Assembly: GCA_015680685.1 (NCBI GenBank)
Contig: MNCI01002657.1
Location: 225,858 to 289,857 of the forward strand
Length of the DNA stretch: 64,000 bases
Direction: 5' to 3'
Source of the DNA: Gnetum montanum
Taxonomy: Eukaryota; Plantae; Gnetophyta
Positions 37,480 to 49,055 of this stretch are shown here, one piece after another. Positions within the stretch are counted from its first letter, which is position 1. Each line of letters begins with the position of its first letter. Both the position numbers and the translations under genes were made by a program. Under the pieces are notes generated by a model, which had not been told where the DNA came from, did not search any database, and saw nothing but the letters and a program-made list of their open reading frames with translations.

Positions 37480-40400
37480 TGATGAAGTGTCATTAAGTCG
37501 ATGCATCGATGGGGCTGCGTATCCGTGGCTACGTCGACGCGGCCCCATCGACGCAGCCACCTATCCCAGCCTATAAATAAGAGGGCCCTCCACCTCACTG
37601 AGGCATATTTTTGTCAATTGTAGCTAGACTCCTGTAGTTTTTTTTTGTAGAAGTTAGATTATTTTTGTGATGCTTGTAATTGTATGGAACCTTTATTCGA
37701 GTGTGACGTACTTGGACACGCACATGACCGAAAATAAAGATCGAGATTACTTCATCATTGCAGCATTCACTTAGTTTTAATTGTCTAGTTTAATTGTTAA
37801 TTGTTATTGTTATTTATTGCTTTCTTAGTTAATATTTATTTATCATCATTTACTATTCTTGTTGTTAAATGCGGAATGAGTACGACTTAATCACGAGCAT
37901 TTAAGTGTGACTACTTGGTAACCCAGCAGCGTACCTAGGATCTACGCTTGGTAGCCCCAGTAGTAGTCATGCACGAGGTCCAAGATGTGTATGGATGATT
38001 GAGGAACGGATACTCATCGCACTTAGGCTAGCTTATACTCATTTCCTATTGCTCATTAGTTTAATTAATATTATCTTCTACTGTCTCTAGGAGTAGCATT
38101 AGTTTAGGATCACATCATATGCCTCACTCTGGACTAAATCATACGTGACAAAGCAATACTAGTCCAGGTGGGAACACAACAAACTACGATCAACGTGTAA
38201 CTATCTAGATAGTACAACTAGCCTATCCACGGAGTTCGACTGGATCGTGTGTGAATGATCATATTCGTATGGTTGAGTGTAGGGGTACCTAGCCACTCAT
38301 CATTGGCATCATTGCCAGGGATGGTGCTAGTTATCTAGATTAGTTATATCATACAAGGTTGCTGCATAGGACTTAATGATATATCTCTTAGGAAGAAGAA
38401 ATTATAAAAGTCACATATAAATTCACACACAACCTTACAACCATGTCTCTCCTACAAAAATATAATAATGCCACATCTAGTGAGGCAATTCATTGGAGAA
38501 CCAATGAATATTATGACAATGAAGATTGGAGTACGCAACCCGAGGTGGGGATTTCTTATAAACATAAATGAAGACAACATCGTACCAACGCACGAAAGCA
38601 TAACTTACCTGATGATGATGAACCCCTACTGGTCACTACAAGCTTAATGGAAATAGAAGAGGCTGTTCGACTAGCCCACAAGCATCGTAAGGAAAGTTGT
38701 CTACCTGTGCTTGATTTAAACAAATTTCCCAAGTTTTCAGGAGGCTATGATTTAGATTTGCAACAACATTTACAAGCCTTCTACGATGTCTGTACATGGA
38801 ACAATATTGATAATGGGTGGCAAAAACTTAAGCTCTTTCCTCTGACACTCGTTGGCCAAGCAAAAGTATGGTATAGGTCGTTAAAACCAAAATCAATTCG
38901 ACGTTGGCCGACAATGGTAGAACTCTTCAATGAAAGATATCAAACCTATGCGAGAGTGTCAGCCTTGAGGAGACAAATCCAAGAATGGAAACAAGTGCAA
39001 CATGAACCCTTGGACATGGCCTTAGAAAGATATTATGCACTGTTAAACAACTGCCCAGGCCATGGGTTCTCCGAGGAAAGGCTAATGTACCATATCATAG
39101 ATGGGCTCTGTAATGAAACAAGGGAGACCCTAGGGATGTACACCCGAGGTCAACTATATGAGCTACGGACCCATCAACTCCAAGAGCTTATTAAGTAGAT
39201 AGCAAAAGAAGAAGGAGAAATAACTAAATGGGAGAATGTTGAAGGTTCTCAACAAGACCAAAATCTCAACTTAACAAGGGTCCATGATCATGAAGAGGAG
39301 AAATCCACTCACTTCAAGGAGGTGGAATCATCTTTGCCAATCCTGCAATCACTAGATGAAATTGAGGTAAAGATCAATAAGATGACGGACTGAGTACATG
39401 AAAGATGTGGAGAATATGCCAACGTTATTAGAGGAAAAACTATGCCAAATCGAGAAACAGGGTAGGACACCATGCGAAAATCAAAACAAAGGGTAGAAGA
39501 GAATAGGAATAAGAACTCAACTGCCAATCATACATATCAATGTAACGTTTGTCTATACGATCACCCCAAAGGCCAATGTCCAGTTTTGTCACATTTACAT
39601 GAGCATCGGGGAGGAATGTTACATCCAGAGTTCGTACAGAAATATTAGGTTCAACCACAGTGGCAAAAACCTCAGTCGTGGGGGAGGCCACCACCAACTG
39701 GACCATATCCTTCATATGTCGTAGCACCAAATGATTATTATGTTCAACACCCTATTTCTCCAACAAGATCAGCATCCTCTACCTCACCTCATCGTTATCA
39801 TTCTCACGAGTACTATCCACCCATGTCCCCTCCAACAAGATCACCACCTCATGTGCCTTACACTTCTCCTCAACCTCAATATTCTCGTACTTCATCCCCT
39901 TCTACATCACCGCCAGCTATGCCAGAAGATTTTGCACCACAACACCATCCTGCAAATGTTACTTGTGCTGCTACTGTCAACAGTAGTGGAGGTCCTTCAC
40001 AACGTTGAAGGCGTCCCTTCTTTAGACGTGACCGTCGAAAGGGACACCATAGTTCAGAAACCACTGCAGACGCCAACTTAGCACAAATCCAACACTGTGA
40101 TGCATCTTCCTCTTTGAACCCAATGCCTCATGTTACCTTATCAAGGCCACCACTCAATACTCCAACAACCATGGGGCCCAATGAATATTGCCACATGGGG
40201 AGACATGTTGATCCTTGCATATCATCTTACGGTCGCAAGTACCATAGTGGGTCAACTCCTTATAAATTAACCACATCTTGTAACTTGTCCCACTATGTCA
40301 ACTCTAATCAAGTGTGTGAACTCCAATGGGGTAAGTATGACCAGGCCCCAATATTTTCAACATGCAAGGATCCCCACCTTCCATTTATTAATTCTAGCCA

Positions 40401-42170
40401 TGCTCAACCATTTAGTTATGGGGGTTATCCTCCATTCTAACATCACAGAATTAATAAATGTTTTCTATTTCTTTAATTTTTCAACTTTTTGTTTTCTAGT
40501 TTTTCACCTTTTAATTTATTGTTTTATCTTTTTTGTCTTTTATCTTTTTATGAGTAATATCATCCATGAATAAAACACTCATGTGACTCGTTGGTTGAGG
40601 TGTTATTCTATGCTATCGAGTCTTGGGTGACTAATTATTTGAACCATGGGCCCATCACATCCACCCAACCATTCTATTAATAAGAGGTTCTGCTTTGGGT
40701 ACGATGATATTCTTGACTTTTTTAAAACTTAAAATTAATTTTGTGTTCATTGTGCCCAAAGTGAAGAAGGATGGACCAAGAGGGAATGATTAGGGTGTGA
40801 CATCAAGGGGACTTGTGGATCCTCTTTGGTGATGTTTGTGGGAGTTAACATGCAATGTGGTTGTACTAAGATTCTTGTAGATCTAATGAAAAATGGGAGT
40901 AAGAGTAATCAAAAGGGCACTCAAAAATCAAATACTATTCTAGGGGGTTCCACTAGAAAGACATGCACCCATGCCTGAAGGTTGGCAATTTCTCTGGATT
41001 CAATGAAGTGAAAAAAAANTCAGTTACCTCACGTCCCAATCTCTGCAATCCATTCTTCAATTCATTCCATCTCACAGTTCATGTATTTGTGACTCATGTC
41101 TTGTATAACATTGAATTCATACCTCATCACGGTGGTATCAACATGTGTGTGTTTTGTTGCCTCGGTATAGATTACATTTAACCCTTCTAGTGCCTACGGA
41201 CATCTTAAGGTGTGGTTACGTAAGGGCATATAGGTTGGAACCTGCTTTGGGGAGGACCCACTTGTGTGACTTTTGTAATTTGTACTTGTTGCAAGCCACC
41301 ACATCATCTTATACCCTCTGAGTACTTCATTGCCAAATCTATTCTTTCCTTTGTCATCATTTTATCCAACATTCCTCAGAACCAGGTTCGACATTAAACT
41401 TTTAGGGCAACTTCCTTGAAAAATCTCTAACTCTACAATCATACTAAGTAAGGAATTCAACATTTATTAAAAGCAATGAGTGAGGTATGAAATCATTGAA
41501 CATTTTTCATTAACCTTACTAAAAATTGATGTTTGTGTGATTATAGATGGCCCCTAAAAGAAGACAACAAGGAGGACCTCTCAAGGTGCAACCGAATGAC
41601 CTGGGGGAGGCAGAGGCTGAGGACCTCATGAAAAACATGCAGAGCAGAAGTCCATCATTCAGCATCCATCATGAAACTCTTGTTATTGCATAATCTATCC
41701 AAGCAAAGGGATGATAGGTTAGGGCCCAAGCCTATGAAGAGGAATGATGGCTAGTTGCGGCATGGCATGTCAAGGCCAATCAAGTGTTCCCATAGCTGTC
41801 GTGTTCATGAAAAGTGCCGACTCCATCAAACATTGGAACATCAGCATGGATGGCTCATAATCCTCAGATAGAAGAGGAGAAATGTTAGGTGATTCTTCAA
41901 TGGTATCAATCTTAGAAGCCTGATGCACAAGACAAAGGAAAGGCACCCATAGAGGAGCCACCAGTACCAGGAACCCCATGAGTTCCACAAGTTTTGTCTT
42001 TTGTGTCTGTGTCCAAATTTTTTTTAATTCTCCATTGTGGCATGAATAAATTTCTAGTTAGTCAATAATCCCATACCTATCCACTGTGTATTCAATTGAG
42101 CTTGTTCCTCACTTTGACTCGAGGACAAGTTTTTACTTAGCCGTGGGGGTATGATGAAGTGTCATTAAGT
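37480..42170 (+). mobile_element. Non-autonomous Athila-like element B (gag only); 3' LTR truncated after ~19 bp
   Basis: 5' LTR 37480-38302 (TGATG..CTCATCA); PBS TGGCATCATTGCCAGGGA at 38304-38321; gag ORF 38647-39198; knuckle CNVCLYDHPKGQC (~39541-39579); PPT CCGTGGGGGTA followed by TGATGAAGTGTCATTAAGT at 42152, identical to the start of the 5' LTR. Confidence 0.9.
38647..39198 (+). pseudogene. Retrotransposon gag domain of element B
   Basis: FPKFSGG..QHLQAF..KLKLFPLTLVGQAKVWY..LFNERY..RYYALLNNCPGHGF, typical of Athila gag. Confidence 0.85.
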
Positions 42171-42179
42171 ATGATGAAT

Positions 42180-43451
42180 ATGGAGGGATTATGCTAATGA
42201 AACATAATATGAAGCTTTCGGAGAGAGTCATAGAGTAGCATTTTAGACTTTAATTAGCATTATTAGAAAATCAATTTAGATTTATGCTAGGGAGATATGC
42301 TATAGAGGTTATTTTCTTGATATGATAATCAATGAAGAAATTTAAGAAACATAGAAAAAATATACATATGATCTTCATTGAGTTATAAAATGTGCATGAT
42401 AGAGTGCCTAAAGATATTTTTTGGTGGGCCTTCAAGAGGAAAAACATCTATCATAAATATATTAAACTAATTTAAGACATGTATGAAGGAGCTACCACTA
42501 AAATTAGAATAGCTTATGGAAAAACATTTAATTTCTTGGTTATAGTAGGTCTACATTAGGGATCTATGGTTATTCCATACTTATGTGCCATTACTATGGA
42601 TGAATTAACAAAGGAATTACAAGATGAAATCCCTTGGTGTATGCCATTTATATATAATATTGTTATGGTGGATAGAGAGATTAAGAAAATATTGCTTCTA
42701 AAATGAAGAAGTAGAGACATGCTTTAGAATTAAAAGGCTTAAAAATTAGTAGAAGTAACATAAAATGTTTGGAATGTAATTTTAATAACAACATAAATAG
42801 TGGTAAAGTATAAGTGATAATTAAAATTCAAAAAGTTCCCCAATGAAAATAGTTCTACTACCTAGGATTAATCCTCTAATTAGATGGTAAAATTACTAAA
42901 TATATATGAAATTGAATTAAGGTAGGATTGTTAAAATGGAGACATGCTAGTGATGCTCTATGTAATAAAAGAATACCAATAAAATTGAAGAGGATATTTT
43001 ACAAGACAATAATAAGACTTACTATTTTATATGGTGCTAAATTTTAGGTAGTACAAAAGAAGCATGAATAGCAAATTAGTATGGTAGAAATGAAAATGCT
43101 TAGATGAATGTTGAATGTTACTAAAAAAGATAAATTGCATAACATAAATATTAGAGGAAGGCTTTGAGTAACTTCTATTTTAGATAACCCACAAGAATGA
43201 TGGCTTAGATGGTTTTGAGATGTGCAAAGAAGATTAAACAATGAGCCTATAAAAAAAGGTTGCTACATCAATATTTCAAGAAAGCCACCGAAAGGAAGAC
43301 CAAAGAAGACATGAGAGAAAGAAATTAAATGTGATTTGAAGAAACTACAAATAAAAAATAACTAGCTCTTTATAGAGGTGAATGATGAAAAAAACTCATG
43401 TACCAAACCCGATTTTGTTAGGACAAGGCTAGGATAATGGTAATGATGATG
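42180..43451 (+). mobile_element. 5'-truncated RTE-clade LINE
   Basis: RT motifs HDRVPKDIFWW..YIKLI*DMYEG, GLH*GS..PYL..MDELTKELQDEIPWCM and C-terminal GRPKKT; (GAT)n-like tail at 43432-43451. Confidence 0.85.
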
Positions 43452-45787
43452 ATATGTGTTTTGATGAACTTTTCTTATAATGCACAAGCTCCTAACTCCT
43501 GTAGATGTTACATAATAGAGAAACATCCATTAGAATATTCTTACTAATACAAGTTACATCTATCATCATTAGACTCTAAGTTAGTAACCTCTTCTACTGC
43601 AAAAACCTTGCTTTTCTACTTTTACATATCATTTCTTGCTTCCTTACTATTTTTCTTATCTTTGTCTTTTAAGTGTAGTTGTGAATTTCTCATTCACTAA
43701 GTTTCATTTTTTCCATCATTGCTGCAATATCTAAAATTAATTTTTGGATTGGAAAAGTCTTTCATTGGATCACCTCCTCCATAGCATCTTCATACTTCCT
43801 TGTTTTGCAAGTATGTACATATCTTTTGCAAAGAGATGTATCTCTATTATACTCTTCTATGCTCTCTTTCTTCTTCAACTCTCCTTTATTTTTTGTAACT
43901 TGATCAATTAATCTTTGAATTTCAAAAGTCTTTCTTTGGCATCAAATCCAAGTGTTTTCCTTGTTTTGTTTTGTATCTTATCTATAATGTGTCTCAACTA
44001 TTCTCTTTGAGAAAAGCCATGGCTTAGATACCTAGGTAATAATGAATAGTATATGTTCAAGATGGCATCAAGAGATTCATAATTGCCTTACTTCCATCCT
44101 TAAATTTTTTTTCTCAAGATGGAGACTCTAGAATATGTTTGATATTTGTCATATTTTAGCTCTAACATCATACTCCATCTCTTGTTAAAGTCTAGTTCAA
44201 AGGATCAATACTAGCTTTCCACTTCTTTGATGAGTATCCTATAGAATAGCATAAGCTTTTACAAGTCATTCTTGGTATTTTGCAAGTCATAGACATCATG
44301 GAAGGCTTACAAATAATATTGTGGATCAACATTTTAGCCTTTATCAAATTTAAAAATGTTGTTTAGGTCAAGTCATTTGATGTGGTTATCCCTTTGTTGT
44401 CTAGTTTTAATATAAATAATCTCCCTAATGTTAATCATGCTTTTAATAGCAAGCAAGGATTCATCATAATTGTCATGTTCATCATGGTTTATATCATGAC
44501 CATGACCTATCCTATGATGGTTGCTATGTATTCTTTACTTTTGATGTCCTCTTTCTTAAATTCTATCTTTACCACATCTATAATTTCTACCTTCCTTTCC
44601 ATCATGTTTTCTTCTATCGTATCCACCTAATCATTTATCGTTACCCATTCATACTTGGTAATGGTTATCTTGGTTAGAGCTTGATGATAAGAATGAAGAA
44701 AATGATGAAGAACTAGGAGATTCATGCTAACTTGCTCTCATTCTATAATCCCTTTGGTTATCTTTGGGTGGCCTACTAGAAGACTTAGGCATGGAGGTCC
44801 CCCCTATGTTGGGCCCTATTCTTTGTTGCTTTTGGTTGCTTACTAAGACTGAATGTAACCATGAATTTGTAATATCATTTGCATTGAAGGAAGGAGGATT
44901 TTGGCAATTGGATCTACTTGAGTGATAATCTATGTTCTCCTTTTCTAACTGCAATGTTAGTGGGGTGGTATTCTCATTTCTTTTTTCTACTTCATGGTGT
45001 GCCTCCATGAAATAATCTTTGTGAATTTAGGCTTTAGTGAGTTTGTGGGGCTTAGATATTTCATCAACTACATTGTAGTCAATGACAACTACTTCTACTT
45101 TAACTTTCATCAATACTAGCATGAGCTTTGATGGAGTTGAATGGTCAAGTGACAACACAATGTTATCTTCTAGGTTAACAAATCTCATCTATTTGTCCTA
45201 ATAAAGGATGAAGATAAAGTTTAGATAATAAGGATCTAGATGTTGCTAGATAATTTTAACTTGGTAGGGTACATCATATTTGCTTCTAATTGCTTTATCA
45301 TGTTCCTTGGTAGAATCTATAATAGGTGGAGAATTGGATTTATGAGAAAAAGAAATTTTGGTTTACTTTATGCATCTTAACAAATAAGAGCATCTTTTAA
45401 TAGATAATTTTTTAGTCTTAACAACAATCATGAAGTACTTGAACTAATATAATTCACTAGTACCTATCCCTAGCAGTGATGTCAAAGATAAGCAACGAGT
45501 AGTCCCTATGCTTAATCACACAAATTACAAGAATTTATTTATGATATTATTATAATACATCGACTAGACTAGTGGGATAGTTAGATTAGATTATAGGTTG
45601 CTATCTTCCTAATTATTGTGACATCCCATTCCTGAATGATAATGATTATGATTGATCATTGCATAGAATCATCTTTTAATGTTGCAAAAAACTCAATAAA
45701 TGCATTGGAAACATGAAAGTAATGGTGCTCAAATTAATATGAATTAAAAGAATAACAGACTTTATTAATAAAATTATCTAAGTACAC

Positions 45788-48700
45788 TGTCAACACCCTT
45801 GGTTTTATCTTTTTGTGATACCGAGTACCCTTGGAAGTAACCAACATTGCAATTGCAGTTAGGACATAAGACTATAGAAGTGATTAGTCCATTCTTGTTC
45901 CACTTTTCCTAGCCCTCATCACTTGCTATTGTTGGCTTTGTAACTCCATTCTTGGCATGACCTCTAAACTTTCAACCTTAAATGTCACAAGTCAAACCCC
46001 TTCCTAAAAGGTACTTTGAATAGTTACAACTCCTCATAATAAGACATCCCTTGATTCGATGGTTTATTACATTATTAATAATACACCTCTATCCTTAACA
46101 ATGGACAAGATATTACAATCTACCTCCCTAAGAATTATGCTTGTCCTCAAGCTCCTATTCAATGTCTAGCTACTCTGCAGTTACATCCTCAATGTGCTCC
46201 TCATGCTTAGCTGTAATATTATCATTATTATCATATGTACAAAAACTACATATTTTTCTCTTAATAATTTCTACTTATCAAAAAATTAATTAACTTATTC
46301 GTTATCATGATGCTAAAAAAATGAGGATATAATTTGAGGATGAACTCCCTATTTTTCCAAGTTTGTTGGTCATAGTTTAACTAGTGGACAAGTACTTTGA
46401 TAATTATTTTATACTAAAGCTTGTTTGTTCTTTGACCTTTAATAACAATTACCTTAACCTCAAATTTTTTGTTAGATCTAAAGGATAGGTTATTCTAATC
46501 CAACAATAAGATATATCATTTTTATGGAACTTCTTTGATAGGCTCACATGAAAGATAGTATGAATCTTTAAATTCATTAGAAGATTTAGCTAGTATGCTA
46601 CTTCACCAATTTGTTCTAAGAATTTGAAAGGATCAGAATATTGATGCATTAATTTTGTATATCTCCCTAATGTCAAAGAATTTCTTATTGGTTTTACCCT
46701 TAATAATACTTGGTATTATATCTGGAACTTCTTCTTAAGACAATATTGATTAACATATCCTTTGTACTTATCTTGAGCTACTTGTAGATTCTATTTTACC
46801 CTTCTAACAATATTTTTTTATAATTTTCATTTCATCTTCTTTCCATTTTTCTCTTACTATTGGATCAGCTTAAGTTAATGATGTTCAACAATTTCGCTCA
46901 TACATAACTTTAAATGGAACTCTCTGTATGGATCTTTGGTAGTTGTTATTATAGGCAAATTTAATCAAGTAGTTTTCTCAAGTCGTAGGTTTACTCTCAA
47001 CATAACTCAAAATATTCTATAATATCCTATTAACTCATTCTATTTGGTCATCAATTTTAGGGTGATATACCATGTTAAACTTTAATTATGTTTTAAGTTC
47101 CTTGAAAACGTTTCACTAAAAGATATAAATAAACTTGGGGTTTCTATTTGATGTAATCAATTTGGAACATCCATATAGTCAAAATTCTTCATGTAAAAAT
47201 TTCTAGGCTACTTCTTCTACTATGTTTGTAGACTTCAAAGATATGAAATGAGCCATATTTAATAAAAAATTAATCACTACCAAAATTGAGTCATTCTCCT
47301 TTTTTATCATTGGTAATCCTACAATGAAGTTCATAGTGATGTCTTCCAATTTTCATGTTGGAACTTCTAGTGGCTATAATAGGCGACTTCTCTTGTTTTT
47401 CTTCCCTTTCATTCTTTGATAAGTTGAAAAATTTCTAATGTAAGTAGATGCATCATTATTTGATTCTTAATATCTTCTTCCATGGGGGTTGTTATAACAT
47501 TAATTGTTAGGTTCCACATATGGCTGAGAGCATTAGCCAATATATTCTATTTTTTTTTGGAAAATACTTGATCTCAAAATCATATTTTGTAAGTAGTTCC
47601 ACCTATCTACATTATTTTTAATTTAAGATGGGTTATTTCTATAGGTATTCTAGACTCTTATGACAAATTTTTAATATAATTTTTTTCATAAAGATTAATG
47701 TCTCTAAAAATTTAAAGCATGTATGATTCCTAATAATTCCAAATCATGGGTTGAATAATTTACCTTGGCTCCTCATAATTTATGGGATTCAAAATGTATG
47801 ACTTTTTCTTCTTATGAAAGAATAACATTGATTGCCACTGTGTAGGCATCTATGAAAACTTCAAATGATAATTTTTCATCTAGAGTTATTAGGATATGCG
47901 TTGTTTTTAATAACATCTTTAATGTTAAAAAATGCTTTCCTAGATCTTTCATCAGACTTAAACACATATTTTTCTTGTAAGATGTTAGTCAAAGAGGCTA
48001 CAAGAGTAGATTAATCTTTAATGAAGCAACAATTAAATCCTATTAGATCTAGAAAACTACAAACTATCATAGCATCCTTATGTATTGGCCATTCTTATAC
48101 TTGACTAATTTTTGATGGATCTACTTTAATTATTATTTAGATACAATATGGCCCAAATACAATAATTTTTAAAGAACTCATACTTGCTTGATTTCGTGTT
48201 TAACTAGTTTTGCTAAAGGATTTTTCATAGTAATTTTTAAATGCTTCACATGTATCTTCCTTGACTTGGAATAAACAAGTATACCATTCATAAATACAAT
48301 AATGAATCTATCAAGGTATTATTGGAAAATATTATTCATCAAATCCATAATGTTATAGGCATATTATTCAATTCAAATGGAATCACAACAAATTCATACA
48401 ATTTGTACCTAGTTCTAAACATAGTTTTCTCAATATGTTTTTCTTTGATTCTTATCTTATGATAGCCTGATTTTCAATTAATCTTAGAAAAATAACATGC
48501 TTTTGTAAGTTGATTGAATAAGTAATCTATTCTTGGTAAAGGGTAAATGTTCTTAATCATTACTTTATTTAATGCCTTCTAATCAATACATAATCTTAAG
48601 ATATCATCTTTCTTCTTGACGAATAGGATTAATGCTCCCCAAGATAAAGCACAAGCACAAATTTTCTATTCCTCTTGTAATTGATCTAATTGTACCTTTA

Positions 48701-49050
48701 ATTCCCTTAGTTCTAATGTAGAAAATCTATATAAGGCTTTCACAACTAGTTTTATACTACGAAGATATCAATGAGATTCTCCATAGTTCTCTTTAGTGGT
48801 AATTCTCTAGTTTCATTGAATATTGAACTTTGATATTCCTTAAGTTTTTTGAAATCTTAATATTAGAAGGATTTTGGGGTCAAATTTCTTTCATAATGAA
48901 AATAGTAGTGTCTTTCCTAACTAGTCTCTTGGCTTATTTAATGGTTATGATGTGATTTTTCTTTATTTTTCCTACCCCTCTTAGAACCTTGACTCTGTTA
49001 GTGGTTTATATTTTTAAAATATGGGTTTCAAAATGGAGAGTGATGAAGTG
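45788..49050 (-). mobile_element. Chromovirus-type Ty3/gypsy pol (RT-RH-INT-chromodomain-like) with PPT and 3' LTR (45788-46117); gag and 5' LTR missing
   Basis: [35 protein letters not shown]; integrase DITMNFIVGLP; PFKFLEQIGEVAY..IHTIFHVS; KVLVH*LNY..TW; PPT AGGGAGGTAGAT followed by TGTAATA..GTTGACA. Confidence 0.85.
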
Positions 49051-49055
49051 TTAAT

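Larger units (their letters stand above)
34200..45787 (-). mobile_element. Decayed pol-containing Athila-like element C (gag-PR-RT-RH-INT), interrupted by element B plus an RTE LINE (37480-43451)
   Basis: PBS TGACATCACTGCTAGGGA (~45467-45484) and LTR remnant 45485-45787. Gag at ~43460-45300 is homologous to element A; protease at ~36900-37270; Athila RT DGYSNYNQI..MLFGLCNTPTTFQ..IEVFMDDFS; integrase IDFMNPITPSSNG..GDYYTKW (~34495-34580). Confidence 0.85.
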
